Below are positions 1-10,032 of a DNA stretch of 64,000 nt, one piece after another. A program made the position numbers and the translations under genes. Under the pieces are notes generated by a model. It searched no databases. It had not been told where the DNA came from and saw nothing but the letters and a program-made list of their open reading frames with translations. Position 1 is the first letter of the stretch; every line of letters starts with the position of its first letter. Where the stretch lies: contig CAWFFN010000009.1 of NCBI GenBank assembly GCA_963815115.1, forward strand, positions 256,001 to 320,000. The letters are read 5' to 3'. The DNA is from an uncultured delta proteobacterium. Its GTDB lineage: Bacteria; Desulfobacterota; Binatia; DP-6.

Positions 1-2
1 AC

Positions 3-875
3 CAGCGCCACGACGCGGCCATGAACTACATCCGCACGGGCGGCCGCTTTGCACGGATGGAGTCGACGGCGTCGCTCGGCGTGCGCACCAACTACTTCCG
101 CGAGACCTACGCCTACGCCGAGCCCGTGGTGGACGGCATCGAGGGCTTCCTGTGGCACGAAGGCTTCCTGGGGGCCGCGCGCACCGTCTTCGGCCGGCCG
201 ATCGTTCAGCCCGCGATCGTGTACGCGAACCTGCTGGTTCCCGGGCAGGAGCTCGCCGTGCACACCGACGTGCCCGAGTTCCGTGGCGCCAACCGCACCA
301 AGGATCCGGAGTGGCTGCTCGTCGTGATGCACCACTCGGGGCTCTTCGAACGCTGGCGTATGCCAATCGCCACCGGCGTCTCGTGGTTCGGCGGCTGCCG
401 CGGCGGTGACTTCGCCTTCTATCCCGACGGACCCGCCGGACCGGCGGCCACCATTCCCGCCGCGCACGATACCGCCGTGCTGCTCGACACGGACTCGGTG
501 TTCCACGGCGTCGACCGCGTGGCCGAGAGCGCGACGCCGCTGCCGCCGCTCGCCATCGGCATGCGCCTCACCTTCGAGGGCAACGACACCTGGCGGGTTG
601 GCTCCGGCGACGAGGCCGTCGTGCGCTACCGCTGGGACGAGTTGCGCTTCTCGGTGTCGTGGAAGGCGTACTGCCTGGCCGACGAGGCCGAGCGGCGGAT
701 GGTCGCGGAGCACACCGACGACCTGACGCGGGACCAGGTCATGGACGCGCTCCTCGACGACCTGCGGCGGCGGGGACGGCTGGGGGACGGCGTGCCGGGT
801 GGAACCGAGCTGGCGCTGCTGCTGATCGACGAGTTCGTTCGCTTTCCGGCGCCCTCCGACGGCGCCGCTGCCTAG
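3..875 (+). CDS. Putative 2OG-Fe(II) dioxygenase-like protein, 5' end probably outside the window
   Basis: Frame open to the window edge; HxD motif (HTDVP) plus distal His/Arg (FHGVDRV) resemble the facial triad. Confidence 0.55.
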   Translation, partial: QRHDAAMNYIRTGGRFARMESTASLGVRTNYFRETYAYAEPVVDGIEGFLWHEGFLGAARTVFGRPIVQPAIVYANLLVPGQELAVHTDVPEFRGANRTKDPEWLLVVMHHSGLFERWRMPIATGVSWFGGCRGGDFAFYPDGPAGPAATIPAAHDTAVLLDTDSVFHGVDRVAESATPLPPLAIGMRLTFEGNDTWRVGSGDEAVVRYRWDELRFSVSWKAYCLADEAERRMVAEHTDDLTRDQVMDALLDDLRRRGRLGDGVPGGTELALLLIDEFVRFPAPSDGAAA

Positions 876-886
876 ACGCGCACCAC

Positions 887-2392
887 GTGCCGGCTCCCGA
901 CGTCATCGTCATCGGCTCGGGCTTCGGCGGTGCGGTCAGCGCCGCCCGGCTCGCGGAGCGCGGACTCCGCGTGCTCGTGCTCGAGCGCGGCCCGTGGTGG
1001 GGTCCCGCCGGAGATGGGCAGCCGCCCGCCGAGCGACGCGAATTTCCGCGCGGCGTGCTCGGCCTCCGCAAGCTGCTTCGGGGCGTTCGATGGGCGCGTG
1101 GCCGGCGGGGCCGCGACGTCCTGCTCAACGTCGACGGCCTGTTCGAGCTGCACGCGTTCGAGCACCTCGACGTCGTCACCGGCAGCGGCGTCGGTGGCGG
1201 CTCGCTGATCTACACCAACGTCCTCGAGGCGCCCGACGACGAGTTCTTCGCGGCCGCGTTTCCTCCCGAGCTCTCGGCCGCCGAGATGCGGCCGTACGTC
1301 GAGCGGGTGCGTGCGCTCCTGCGTCCCGTCCCGCTGCCCGAGCCGCGGCCGGAGAAGAACCGCGTCTTCGAGCGTGCGGTGCACGGGGCTGGCCTCGGGG
1401 ACCCGCGCTACCCCGAGCTCGCGATCCGCTTCGGCGACGACCCGATGGAGCGGCGGCCCGCTCCGAACGCGGCGGGCGTCCTGCAGAACACGTGCACGCA
1501 CTGCGGCTGCTGCGTCGTCGGCTGTCCGGAGCGTGCCAAGACCACGATGGATCTGACCTACGTGCCGGTGGCACTGCGGCACGGCGCCGAGCTCCGCCCG
1601 CTGTGCGAGGTGGTGGCGATCGGTCCTCACGATGGCGGCTATCGCGTGCGCTATCGGGACCACCGCGGCGGGGCGTTGCGCCAGGAGGACGCGGCGCGGG
1701 TGATCCTCGCAGCCGGCTGCCTCAACACCATGCGCCTCCTCTTCCAGGCCCGCGACCGGCACCGCACGCTGCCGGACCTGCCGCCGGCGCTCGGCAGGCA
1801 CTTCTCGCCCAACGCGGACCTGCTCGGCCTCGTCCTCGACACGCCCGCACTGGAGCGTGGCGATCAGGGACCGGCGCTCAACGCGTTCGTTCGCGTCGAG
1901 CACGAGGGCCGCCTGCGATTCATCGTCGGCGAGGTCGGCCTGCCGCTGGGTGCGTTCCGGCTCCCGGCGGTCGTCCGCCGCCGGCTCGCACGGACCGCGG
2001 GCCTGATCGCCATGGGACGCGACGCCTCCAGCGGGACCATCGCGTACGACGGCCGCGGGCTCCGCACCGGGACCGGGCGCGCCATCGACCCGGCGCTGTT
2101 CGCCGACATCGAGCGCACGATGGATCAGGTCGCAGCCGCCTACCGGCCTCGCCGGACATGGCTCAACGCCCCGTCCGGCCGTGGCGCGGCGCGGCTCGCC
2201 ACGGTTCATCCCCTCGGCGGCTGTGCCGTGGGACGCACGCCGGAGGACGGCGTCGTCGACCACCGCGGACAGGTCTTCGGGCATCCGGGACTCTACGTCG
2301 CCGACGGGTCCCTCTACCCGCGATCGCCCGGCGTTCCTCCGTCGCTGACCATCGCGGCGCTGGCCGAGCGCCAGGCCGCGCTCATGGAGTGA
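887..2392 (+). CDS. GMC family oxidoreductase, cholesterol oxidase-like
   Basis: VIVIGSGFGGAV FAD motif, GSGVGGGSLIY, CxxCxxCxxGC, TVHPLGG and GLYVADGS; GTG at 887 just after the upstream stop. Confidence 0.85.
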   Translation: MPAPDVIVIGSGFGGAVSAARLAERGLRVLVLERGPWWGPAGDGQPPAERREFPRGVLGLRKLLRGVRWARGRRGRDVLLNVDGLFELHAFEHLDVVTGSGVGGGSLIYTNVLEAPDDEFFAAAFPPELSAAEMRPYVERVRALLRPVPLPEPRPEKNRVFERAVHGAGLGDPRYPELAIRFGDDPMERRPAPNAAGVLQNTCTHCGCCVVGCPERAKTTMDLTYVPVALRHGAELRPLCEVVAIGPHDGGYRVRYRDHRGGALRQEDAARVILAAGCLNTMRLLFQARDRHRTLPDLPPALGRHFSPNADLLGLVLDTPALERGDQGPALNAFVRVEHEGRLRFIVGEVGLPLGAFRLPAVVRRRLARTAGLIAMGRDASSGTIAYDGRGLRTGTGRAIDPALFADIERTMDQVAAAYRPRRTWLNAPSGRGAARLATVHPLGGCAVGRTPEDGVVDHRGQVFGHPGLYVADGSLYPRSPGVPPSLTIAALAERQAALME

Positions 2393-2395
2393 GCC

Positions 2396-2899
2396 ATGAC
2401 CCAGGCAATCGCCGCCGCCGACATCGCCGTGGACTCCCGCTCCCTCGCCCGGCGCTCGCGTGCCGACCTCGATCGGCTGTTCGCGAGCCTGACAGCTCCG
2501 TCCCTCACCCAGCTCGCGGGCACGCTGCGCGGGACGGTCGTCGATCTGGTCGGCCTCGGCCGGCTGCCGCCCGGGCTGCGCTCGGCCCTCCTCGCTGCAC
2601 TGCGCGGGCCCATCGGCGTCTGGCGTGGCAAGCGGTTCGCCGGATCGCGCGGGACGAACGTGTGGGGAGCGGGTCGTTTCGAGCGCCTCTTCGCGGCGTT
2701 CCGCGTCGACGCCGGGCCGGCCATCGACGGGAGCGGGTCGTGCGTGCGGCTCGACTACGACGTGGAGGAGAACCCGCTGCCGGTGCGTGCCATCCTGGGC
2801 GAGCTGCGCGCTCTCGGTCCCGGCCTGCTCCTCGGCCGCATGCACTATCGCGCCGGATCCGCCACGGCCTGCGTGCTCTACTTCACGCTCGAGGCCTGA
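2396..2899 (+). CDS. Hypothetical protein coupled to the GMC oxidase
   Basis: Starts 3 nt after the GMC stop; host-like codon bias; WRGKRF and LDYDVEEN...ELR pattern. Confidence 0.7.
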   Translation: MTQAIAAADIAVDSRSLARRSRADLDRLFASLTAPSLTQLAGTLRGTVVDLVGLGRLPPGLRSALLAALRGPIGVWRGKRFAGSRGTNVWGAGRFERLFAAFRVDAGPAIDGSGSCVRLDYDVEENPLPVRAILGELRALGPGLLLGRMHYRAGSATACVLYFTLEA

Positions 2900-2949
2900 A
2901 TCGCCGCGGCTTGCCACGTCAGAACCGATCCCCTAGCTTCATTCGGGCG

Positions 2950-3387
2950 ATGCCCCTCGAGTTCGACCCCGCGATCCTCGGCCAGGAGTTCGATCGTACG
3001 CAGCACGAGCCGGTGAGCGCCGACGAGCTTATCGCCTTCTCCCGAGCCCTCGGCGAGACCGCGCCGTGCTACGTCGAGCCGGGTCCCGACCTGATCGGCC
3101 ACCCGACCCACTGCGTGCGCTTCAGGGGCCGGAAGTTCTTTCCCGAGGACCTGCCGGCGGGGCTGCGGCTTCGCATGAGCTTCGACGCGGGGAAGGACAT
3201 CGAGCTCGGGGTGCCTCTCCGGCCCGGCGATCGGATCACCGTGGTCTCCACGCTCCATGAAATCTACGAGAAGACCGGTCGCAGCGGCAGCATGGTGTTC
3301 GTCGTGATCCGCTTCACCCTCTCCAACGAGCGGGGCGAGATGGTGGCGACGATCGACAACCGAATGATGTACCGGGGGGAGGCCTAG
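2950..3387 (+). CDS. MaoC-like hotdog dehydratase, N-terminal type subunit (HadA-like)
   Basis: PLRPGDRITV and EKTGRSGSMVFV motifs; adjacent to a second MaoC gene. Confidence 0.8.
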   Translation: MPLEFDPAILGQEFDRTQHEPVSADELIAFSRALGETAPCYVEPGPDLIGHPTHCVRFRGRKFFPEDLPAGLRLRMSFDAGKDIELGVPLRPGDRITVVSTLHEIYEKTGRSGSMVFVVIRFTLSNERGEMVATIDNRMMYRGEA

Positions 3388-3388
3388 C

Positions 3389-3802
3389 GTGCCTCCGAAC
3401 CGCCGCTTCGACGACGTTCTCGAGGGCGACGAGCTCGGGCCGGTGACCCGCTTCCTGTCGAAGGACGAGGTGCGCGCCTACGCGCGGGCCAGCGAGATAT
3501 ACTTCCCTCGCTTCACCGACGACGAGGGCGCGCGGCAGGAGGGCCTGCCGGGGATGATCACGCCAGGCAACATGAGCATGGGGCTGCTCGGCACCCTGAT
3601 CGACGGCTGGGCCGGTCCCGGAGGCCTCAAGCGGCTCGGCACGACGTTTCGAGGGCTGGTCCTTCCCGGGCGCACGATCCGCCTGTGCGGCGCCGTGACG
3701 CAGAAGGATGAGGCCACCAGAACGGTGGAGCTCGACGTCTGGCTCGAGAGCGACGAGGGTGAGCGGCTGGTGGTCGGCACCGCGTCGGTGGAGCTGCCAT
3801 GA
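3389..3802 (+). CDS. MaoC family dehydratase (HadB-like)
   Basis: YARAS...FTDDEGARQEGLPGMITPG hydratase-2-like motif; paired with the upstream hotdog subunit. Confidence 0.8.
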   Translation: MPPNRRFDDVLEGDELGPVTRFLSKDEVRAYARASEIYFPRFTDDEGARQEGLPGMITPGNMSMGLLGTLIDGWAGPGGLKRLGTTFRGLVLPGRTIRLCGAVTQKDEATRTVELDVWLESDEGERLVVGTASVELP

Positions 3803-3878
3803 AGGTCCGAGACCACCTTGTGTTCCCTTCGATCGCTGGGCTATAGCCGATCAGAGGTTCGATCGGGCGCGGCGAGGT

Positions 3879-4694
3879 ATGGGCGTGAGTCAAACAGCAT
3901 CGCCGACCCCCATCGCGACAGCGGAGGCCATCCCTGGCGCCGATCCCTTCGGTCTGGATCGCGAGCTGCGCGAGCTCGTGTTGCCAGCGTTCCGCTTCCT
4001 GCACGATCGCTACTGGCGTGTCGACGTCACCGGCGCGGACCACGTGCCGGCCGAGGGCCCGGTGTTGCTGGTCGCCAATCACTCCGGCGCCCTGCCCTTC
4101 GACGGTGCGATGATCGTGACCGCGCTCGAGCTGCAGCGCGGCCGTGCCGTGCGCTTCCTCTACGACCGCTTCGTCGAGACGCTGCCGCCGCTCGACTCCT
4201 TCTACCGCAAGATGGGCGGAGTCGTCGCCTCGCGCGAGAACGCGCAGGAGCTTCTGCGTCTGGGGGAGCCCGTGCTCCTCTTCCCCGAGGGCATCTCCGG
4301 CGTCGCAAAGCCCTTCAGCGAGCGCTATCGCCTGCGGCCCTTCAGCCCCGGGTTCGCGCGCCTCTCGATGGCACTCGACGTGCCGGTGGTGCCGGTGGCG
4401 GTCGTCGGGGCGGAGGAGATCTACCCGCTGGTCGGACGGGCCGAGGGCGTCGGCAAGGCGCTCGGTATGCCGTACCTGCCCATCACTCCGTTCTTCCCGC
4501 TCCTGGGCCTTCTCGGCGCGCTTCCCCTGCCGACGAAGTGGTTCGTGCGCTTCGGCAAGCCCGTCCGGCTCGCCGCGGGTAGCGAGGACAGCGCCTACCT
4601 TCGTGCGCGCAACGAGGCGGTGCGCGTGAGGCGGCGGTTGCAGGCGATGGTGACCCGGCTGAAGAGCCGGCGGCGATCGGTGTTCTTCGGATGA
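3879..4694 (+). CDS. Lysophospholipid/glycerol acyltransferase (PlsC family)
   Basis: NHSGALPFD (HX4D) and LFPEG motifs. Confidence 0.9.
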   Translation: MGVSQTASPTPIATAEAIPGADPFGLDRELRELVLPAFRFLHDRYWRVDVTGADHVPAEGPVLLVANHSGALPFDGAMIVTALELQRGRAVRFLYDRFVETLPPLDSFYRKMGGVVASRENAQELLRLGEPVLLFPEGISGVAKPFSERYRLRPFSPGFARLSMALDVPVVPVAVVGAEEIYPLVGRAEGVGKALGMPYLPITPFFPLLGLLGALPLPTKWFVRFGKPVRLAAGSEDSAYLRARNEAVRVRRRLQAMVTRLKSRRRSVFFG

Positions 4695-4921
4695 CACCCA
4701 ATCCCAGCGGCGCCCCGCCCACCTACCTGCGCGTGGGCGCCGGCGTCTACCCGGTCTACGGCGACGAGCTGCGTGGCTGGAGCCCGCGCGCCGACGACTT
4801 CCAGGGCATGGGCGCCTGGTCCCCGTACGTGTACCAATCACTCGACGAGCTCTTCTTCGCACTGGTCAACCTGTGCGTCAGCGGCGGCGCCGCTCGTCGG
4901 GGAAGACAGCGCTCGCACTAG
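4691..4921 (+). CDS. Small hypothetical protein
   Basis: ATGA overlap with the acyltransferase stop; coding-like codon usage. Confidence 0.5.
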   Translation: MTPNPSGAPPTYLRVGAGVYPVYGDELRGWSPRADDFQGMGAWSPYVYQSLDELFFALVNLCVSGGAARRGRQRSH

Positions 4922-4958
4922 CGCGGGTCGCTGGAGCGGGGTTGATGGGCGGCTGCGC

Positions 4959-6314
4959 TCAGCCGTCGCTCTCGTTGTCGCGTTGCGCGGCGGCCGCGAT
5001 CACGTCGAGTGCGGCGAGGCGTCCGAGGCCGAGGGCCGTCAGCGCGTCGAGTCCGCTCCGCCGCGGGGCGGATGCCTGGGCCGCGAGCCCTGCCGTCACT
5101 CCGCCCGTAGCGTAGAGACGCGGGATCGCCTGGCCGGCGGGATCGAGGACGCGCGCGTGCGCATCGACCACGAGCCCTCCGAGGGTCCGCAGCCTCGCGC
5201 CCGTGACCCGGATGGCACGCAGCGGCGCCTCGAGTCCACGTGGCCGTCCCGCGGCGCTCTCCGCCACCGCACGCTCCAGGCCGGCGGCATCCAGCTCGAG
5301 CTGCTTGGCCAGATCGACCGCGGTGCTTCCGCGGCGCCCGGCGCGCGGCAGGACGACGTGCTCGATGAAGGGATCGGTACCGGCCTCGGCCGCGATGCGG
5401 TCGTCGAACACGAGATAGGCAACGTGACCCGGCTGCGCCCGGACCTCCTGCGCCAGGGCGAGCGGGCTGGCGCTCTCCTCGGAGAAACGCCGCCCGGCCT
5501 GGTTCACCAGGATGGCTCCCAGGTCCACCAGCACCGGAGGAACCTCGAGCTGGGCCGGCAGCGCGAACAGTGCGGTCACCTGGCAACGCTCCAGGTCGCG
5601 GGTCCGGGCTCCGACCTGCGATGCCAACCGGAGACCGTCACCGGTGGCCGAGGCGGGGCCGAGAAGCGGCAGCGCCGATGCTCCGCCGCAATGCTCCGTC
5701 ACGAGGGCGTCGTCGGCGACGAATCCGCCGCAGGCGAGGAGAACACGACCGGCGATGGTGGGAGCCCCGCGCCGATCCGGCTTCACGGCGACGCCCGTAA
5801 CGGCGTCGTTCTCGCGCAGCAGCTCGGTGACCTCGGTCCCCGTGCGCAGGCGGACGCGATGGTGGCGGCTCACCACGCGCCCCAGCGCCGCGACCAGGCT
5901 CGCGCCGCCCTGCTCGGCACAGGCGTGTAGCCGCGGCACGGTGACCTCGCCAGAACCTGCCCTGACGAGCTGGAAGGGCGCTCCGCAGCGGTCGGCGAGC
6001 CACTCCACCAGCGGTCCGCTCTGCTTCGCCAGCGCCCGGACGACCTCTTCGGACTCCGGCCCGGCCTCGCCGGCGAGCAGGTCGGTGGCGAAGCGGCCGG
6101 GATCGTCGGTCACGCCGGCGGCGTGCTGCCAGCGGGTACTTGCGGCGGCCACCGACTCGGGCGTCAAGGCGGCGCCCCCGCCGAGGTCCTTGCCGCGCTC
6201 GACGACGACGACCTGGCAGCCGCGGTCCGCGGCGATGATCGCGGCGGCGAGGCCCCCCACGCTGGCCCCGACCACGATCATGTCTGCGCCTTCACGCCGG
6301 TCCGCCGATGGCAT
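4959..6314 (-). CDS. FAD-dependent oxidoreductase (fumarate reductase flavoprotein / 3-ketosteroid dehydrogenase family)
   Basis: IVVGASVGGLAAA, VLLACGGF, TGDG and TLGGLVVD...IPRLYATG motifs. Confidence 0.8.
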   Translation of the reverse strand: MPSADRREGADMIVVGASVGGLAAAIIAADRGCQVVVVERGKDLGGGAALTPESVAAASTRWQHAAGVTDDPGRFATDLLAGEAGPESEEVVRALAKQSGPLVEWLADRCGAPFQLVRAGSGEVTVPRLHACAEQGGASLVAALGRVVSRHHRVRLRTGTEVTELLRENDAVTGVAVKPDRRGAPTIAGRVLLACGGFVADDALVTEHCGGASALPLLGPASATGDGLRLASQVGARTRDLERCQVTALFALPAQLEVPPVLVDLGAILVNQAGRRFSEESASPLALAQEVRAQPGHVAYLVFDDRIAAEAGTDPFIEHVVLPRAGRRGSTAVDLAKQLELDAAGLERAVAESAAGRPRGLEAPLRAIRVTGARLRTLGGLVVDAHARVLDPAGQAIPRLYATGGVTAGLAAQASAPRRSGLDALTALGLGRLAALDVIAAAAQRDNESDG

Positions 6315-6420
6315 CGGCGAGCGCCTTAGCCGGGGGGGGCGCGCGAAGTCAAGGAAGGGTAATCGGAAGGCAAGCGGAACGGGAGTTTGAAAAACACGTG
6401 ACACGAGAGAGAATCGCGCC

Positions 6421-7380
6421 ATGCCCCGGCTCCGGGTGGTCACCCACGCTGCGCTGCGAGTGGCCATCAGCGCCGCCGTGGTGAGCTACATCCTGGTGGA
6501 TGTCGACCGCCACGACCTGTGGGCCGCCCTGTCCGCCGTCAGGATGTCCAGTCTCGTGCTGCCCCTGACCCTGTTTCTCGCCGGACAGTGCCTCAGCGCG
6601 GTCAAGTGGTGGATGCTCGGCTCGTCGGTCGGGCTGGTGCGTCCGCTCTCGGACTACGTGCGCTTCTACTTCATCGGCATGTTCCTGAACGTGTTCGGGC
6701 TCAGCACGATCGGCGGCGACGTGGTGCGCGGCCTCTACCTCGGTGACGGCGACCGGCCGGGACTGGCCCTCAATTCCGTGCTCTTCGATCGCGTGAGCGG
6801 CCTCGCCGTCCTGATGGCGATGGGCGCGGCCGCGCTGCTGGCATTCCCGGAGTATCACCTCCCCTGGCCGCTGAGCGCCGCGTGCATCGTCGGGGGAATC
6901 CTCCTGGTGGTGGGCTGGTGGACGTGTCCCCGGCTGGTGCGCTTCCTTCCCCCGCGCAATCGTTTCCGCCGCCAGGTGGAGAACGAGCTGGAGCCGTTCT
7001 GGCGCGACCGCGGCCTGCTCCTCCGGGTGAGCGCGCTGTCGGCGATCTTCCACCTGTCGCAGGTCGGCGTGCAGTACCTCCTGGCGCGGGCCGCCGGGAC
7101 GGCCCTGTCCTTCTCCTACTGCCTGGTCATGCATCCGATCCTGAGCCTGATGATGTCGCTGCCCCTCAGCGTGGGCGGCTTCGGTGTGCGCGAGGGCGGC
7201 TATCTCTACTTCCTCACGCGACTCGACATCGACGATTCGATCGCGGTGACGATGGGCCTGCTCTGGTGGCTGATGACGGCGCTCAGCGGACTCGCGGGAC
7301 TGCTCGTCTTCCTCGCTTCGGGCGCCGAGCTCCCCCGCTTGCGGGCACGCTCGTCGGAGCGCCTGCGCGGCGCCGCCTGA
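6421..7380 (+). CDS. Lysylphosphatidylglycerol synthase TM / UPF0104 flippase-like membrane protein
   Basis: Multiple TM helices; GGDVVR, DRVSG and GGFGVRE motifs. Confidence 0.85.
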   Translation: MPRLRVVTHAALRVAISAAVVSYILVDVDRHDLWAALSAVRMSSLVLPLTLFLAGQCLSAVKWWMLGSSVGLVRPLSDYVRFYFIGMFLNVFGLSTIGGDVVRGLYLGDGDRPGLALNSVLFDRVSGLAVLMAMGAAALLAFPEYHLPWPLSAACIVGGILLVVGWWTCPRLVRFLPPRNRFRRQVENELEPFWRDRGLLLRVSALSAIFHLSQVGVQYLLARAAGTALSFSYCLVMHPILSLMMSLPLSVGGFGVREGGYLYFLTRLDIDDSIAVTMGLLWWLMTALSGLAGLLVFLASGAELPRLRARSSERLRGAA

Positions 7381-8502
7381 TCAGTTGCCTTCGCCCGCCA
7401 GGGTCAGCGCCGACAGGGTCACCTCGGCCGCGGCCACCATGTCGCTCACCCGGAGCCACTCCGTGGTGGTGTGGATGTCGCGCATCCCGGTGCCGAGGTT
7501 CACCACCTCGAAACCCCGCCGGTTCAAGATGTTGGCGTCACAGCCGCCGCCCATGCGAGCCGAACGCACTGGATGCCCGACGCGCTCCGCGGCGATACGG
7601 AGCAGCCGGAGCACCGGCGCATCGTCCCCGACGTTCATCGGGTCGTACATCGGCTCGACGCTCACCTCGACCTGCGCCCCGGGATGGCGGGCCGCCGCCT
7701 CCTCGAAGCAGGAGCGCATGTGGGCGCTCTGGCTGGCGAGCCGCGCGAGGTCGTGGCTGCGCGCCTCGCCGCGGATTCGCACCTCGTCGGGGACGATGTT
7801 GGTGGCGCGACCACCGTGAATGACGCCCAGATTCGCGGTGGTCTCCGGATCGATCCGGCCGAGACGCATGGCCACGATCGCCTCCGAGGCAACGCGGATG
7901 GCGCTGACGCCGCGCTCGGGAGCCATGCCGGCATGCGCCGCACGCCCGCGCACGACGGCCTCGATGCGCTGCGACCCGGGCGCTCGCGTGAACACGCAGC
8001 CCGGGACGTCGCTGTCGAACACCAGGCCGCGCCGGGCCGCGAGCTGCGCGATGTCGAGGTGACGGGCGCCGAGCAGGCCGAGCTCCTCGCAGATGGTGAA
8101 CACGACGTCGATCGGCGGGTGCGGGAGCCCGCGCTCGCGTACCGCGCGCACGGCCTCGCAGACGATCGCGATCCCCGACTTGTCGTCGCCGCCCAGCACC
8201 GTCGTGCCGTCGCTGCGGATGACGTCATCCTCGACCACCGGATGGACGCCGATCCCGGGCTCGACCGTGTCCATGTGCGCGCACAGCAGGAACGGGCGCG
8301 CCTCGACCGTTCCCGGCAGGCGGGCGATCAGGTTCCCGACCTCCCCGCCGACGGCTGCGTCCGCCCGGTCGAACGCCACGCTCGCGCCGAGCTCTCGCAT
8401 CTCCCGGGCGAGGCGCTCGGCGATGCGGCCTTCGCGGCGCGACAGGCTGTCGATCTGCACCAGCTCGAGGAAGAGGGACTTGAGCCGGTCGCCCTGGATC
8501 AC
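7381..8502 (-). CDS. M20/M25/M40 metallopeptidase (peptidase T-like)
   Basis: AHMDTV, GGDDKSG, EE, GGGCDAN and IHTTTE motifs. Confidence 0.9.
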   Translation of the reverse strand: MIQGDRLKSLFLELVQIDSLSRREGRIAERLAREMRELGASVAFDRADAAVGGEVGNLIARLPGTVEARPFLLCAHMDTVEPGIGVHPVVEDDVIRSDGTTVLGGDDKSGIAIVCEAVRAVRERGLPHPPIDVVFTICEELGLLGARHLDIAQLAARRGLVFDSDVPGCVFTRAPGSQRIEAVVRGRAAHAGMAPERGVSAIRVASEAIVAMRLGRIDPETTANLGVIHGGRATNIVPDEVRIRGEARSHDLARLASQSAHMRSCFEEAAARHPGAQVEVSVEPMYDPMNVGDDAPVLRLLRIAAERVGHPVRSARMGGGCDANILNRRGFEVVNLGTGMRDIHTTTEWLRVSDMVAAAEVTLSALTLAGEGN

Positions 8503-8587
8503 GCCGGCACGATTGGCAGACGAGCATGGCACGGTCAACGAGGGCGTCGCGCTTGTCGGCACCGGGACGGACACGTATCGTGCCGCG

Positions 8588-9577
8588 ATGCCCGGGGGCG
8601 TAGCGGTCGAGCCGGTGCTGATCGCCGGTGCGGGAGCGCTCGGGTCGGTCGTGGGCGGTCTGCTGGCGGCACGGGGCGTTGCGGTGACGCTCCTCGGCCG
8701 CGCCGACCATCTCGAACCGGTGCGGCGCGCCGGGCTGCGCATCGAGGGGCTCTTCGGTGACCACCTCGTGCGGGAGATCGGCTGCGTCACCGATGCGGCA
8801 GCGCTGCGAGGTCGCTTCGGGACCGTCTTCCTCAGCGTCAAGTCCTGGGACACCGCTGCGATGGCCAGCGCGGTCGCGCCGCACCTCGCGTCCGACGGGC
8901 ATCTCGTGTCGCTGCAGAACGGGCTGGGCAACCTCGAGCGCATCGCTGCGGCCGTCGGCGACGGGCGGGTGCTCGGCGCCCGGGTCATCTTCGGGGCCGA
9001 GGTGGTCGAGCCCGGTCGCGTGCGCGTCACCGTCGAGGCGGCCCCGGTGCTGGTCGGCAGCCCCGACCCGGCCGATGGCCGGCGGGTCGCGGCGGCCGTG
9101 CGCTGGGCGGCGGCGCTGCGCGCCGCCGGCATCCCCGCGGAGCCGACCACGTCCTTGCTGGCGGAGCTGTGGGCCAAGGTCTTCTACAACGCCGCCCTCA
9201 ACCCGCTCGGGACGCTGCTCGGCGTGCCGTACGGCCGACTGCCGGAAGATCCGGACGCGCGCGCGATCATGGACGACGCCATCGCGGAGGCCTTCGCCGT
9301 CGCGCGCGCCGAAGGCGTCGAGCTGGCGTGGCCCGACGCAGGATCCTACCGCGCGCTGTTCTACCGCACGCTGGTGCCCTTGACCGCTCGTCACCGCTCG
9401 TCGATGCTGCAAGACCTCGAGCGCGGCCGGCCCACCGAGATCGATGCCATCAACGGCTACGTGGCGGCGCGCGGCGCCGCGCTCGCAATCCCCACGCCGG
9501 TCAACGCCACCCTCACCCGCATGATCCGGGCGCGCGTCCGCCACCCGCGTCGCAGCGAGGAGCCATGGACCCACTGA
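8588..9577 (+). CDS. panE: 2-dehydropantoate 2-reductase
   Basis: GAGALG, VKSWD, LQNG, WAKVFYN and SSMLQDLERGRPTEID motifs. Confidence 0.9.
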   Translation: MPGGVAVEPVLIAGAGALGSVVGGLLAARGVAVTLLGRADHLEPVRRAGLRIEGLFGDHLVREIGCVTDAAALRGRFGTVFLSVKSWDTAAMASAVAPHLASDGHLVSLQNGLGNLERIAAAVGDGRVLGARVIFGAEVVEPGRVRVTVEAAPVLVGSPDPADGRRVAAAVRWAAALRAAGIPAEPTTSLLAELWAKVFYNAALNPLGTLLGVPYGRLPEDPDARAIMDDAIAEAFAVARAEGVELAWPDAGSYRALFYRTLVPLTARHRSSMLQDLERGRPTEIDAINGYVAARGAALAIPTPVNATLTRMIRARVRHPRRSEEPWTH

Positions 9578-10032
9578 AGCTCGATCGCTCCGCGCTCGAC
9601 GAGATGCTGGCCCACGCGCGCGAGACTCACCCCGACGAGTGCTGCGGCGCGCTGGTGACGCGTGCCGGCAGCGACCGGGTGCTCCGCTTCACCAACATCC
9701 AGAACCGTCTCCATGCCGAGAACCCCGCCGACTACCCGCGCAGCGCTGCCACCGCGTACACTCCCGAGCCGCGCGAGCTGCTGGCGGCGATTCGCGCCGG
9801 CGAGGAGCCGGGAGCCCGCCTGTCGGTATTCTATCACTCGCACGCGGTGAACGGCTCGTATTTCTCGGGCGAGGATCGGGCCCGTGCGCTCTTCGGGGAC
9901 GAGCCGGCATACCCCGACGTGACGTACGTGGTCGTGAGCGACGCTCGGGCGCGGGGCGAGGCCCGGGCGTTCCGCTGGAGCGACGAGGCGCACGACTTCG
10001 CCGAGGTGGCGATCGAGGTGCGCGAGACGTGA
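9565..10032 (+). CDS. Mov34/MPN/JAB metalloprotease (Mec-like sulfur-carrier peptidase)
   Basis: PDECCG plus JAMM motif YHSH-x7-S-x2-D. Confidence 0.85.
   Translation: MDPLKLDRSALDEMLAHARETHPDECCGALVTRAGSDRVLRFTNIQNRLHAENPADYPRSAATAYTPEPRELLAAIRAGEEPGARLSVFYHSHAVNGSYFSGEDRARALFGDEPAYPDVTYVVVSDARARGEARAFRWSDEAHDFAEVAIEVRET

Noticed and set aside
5230-5242. 13-bp match (TCGAGTCCACGTG) to the tRNA-Val 3' region as a possible att site
   Set aside because: Short, inside an intact CDS, does not include the tRNA end, and no integrase is present
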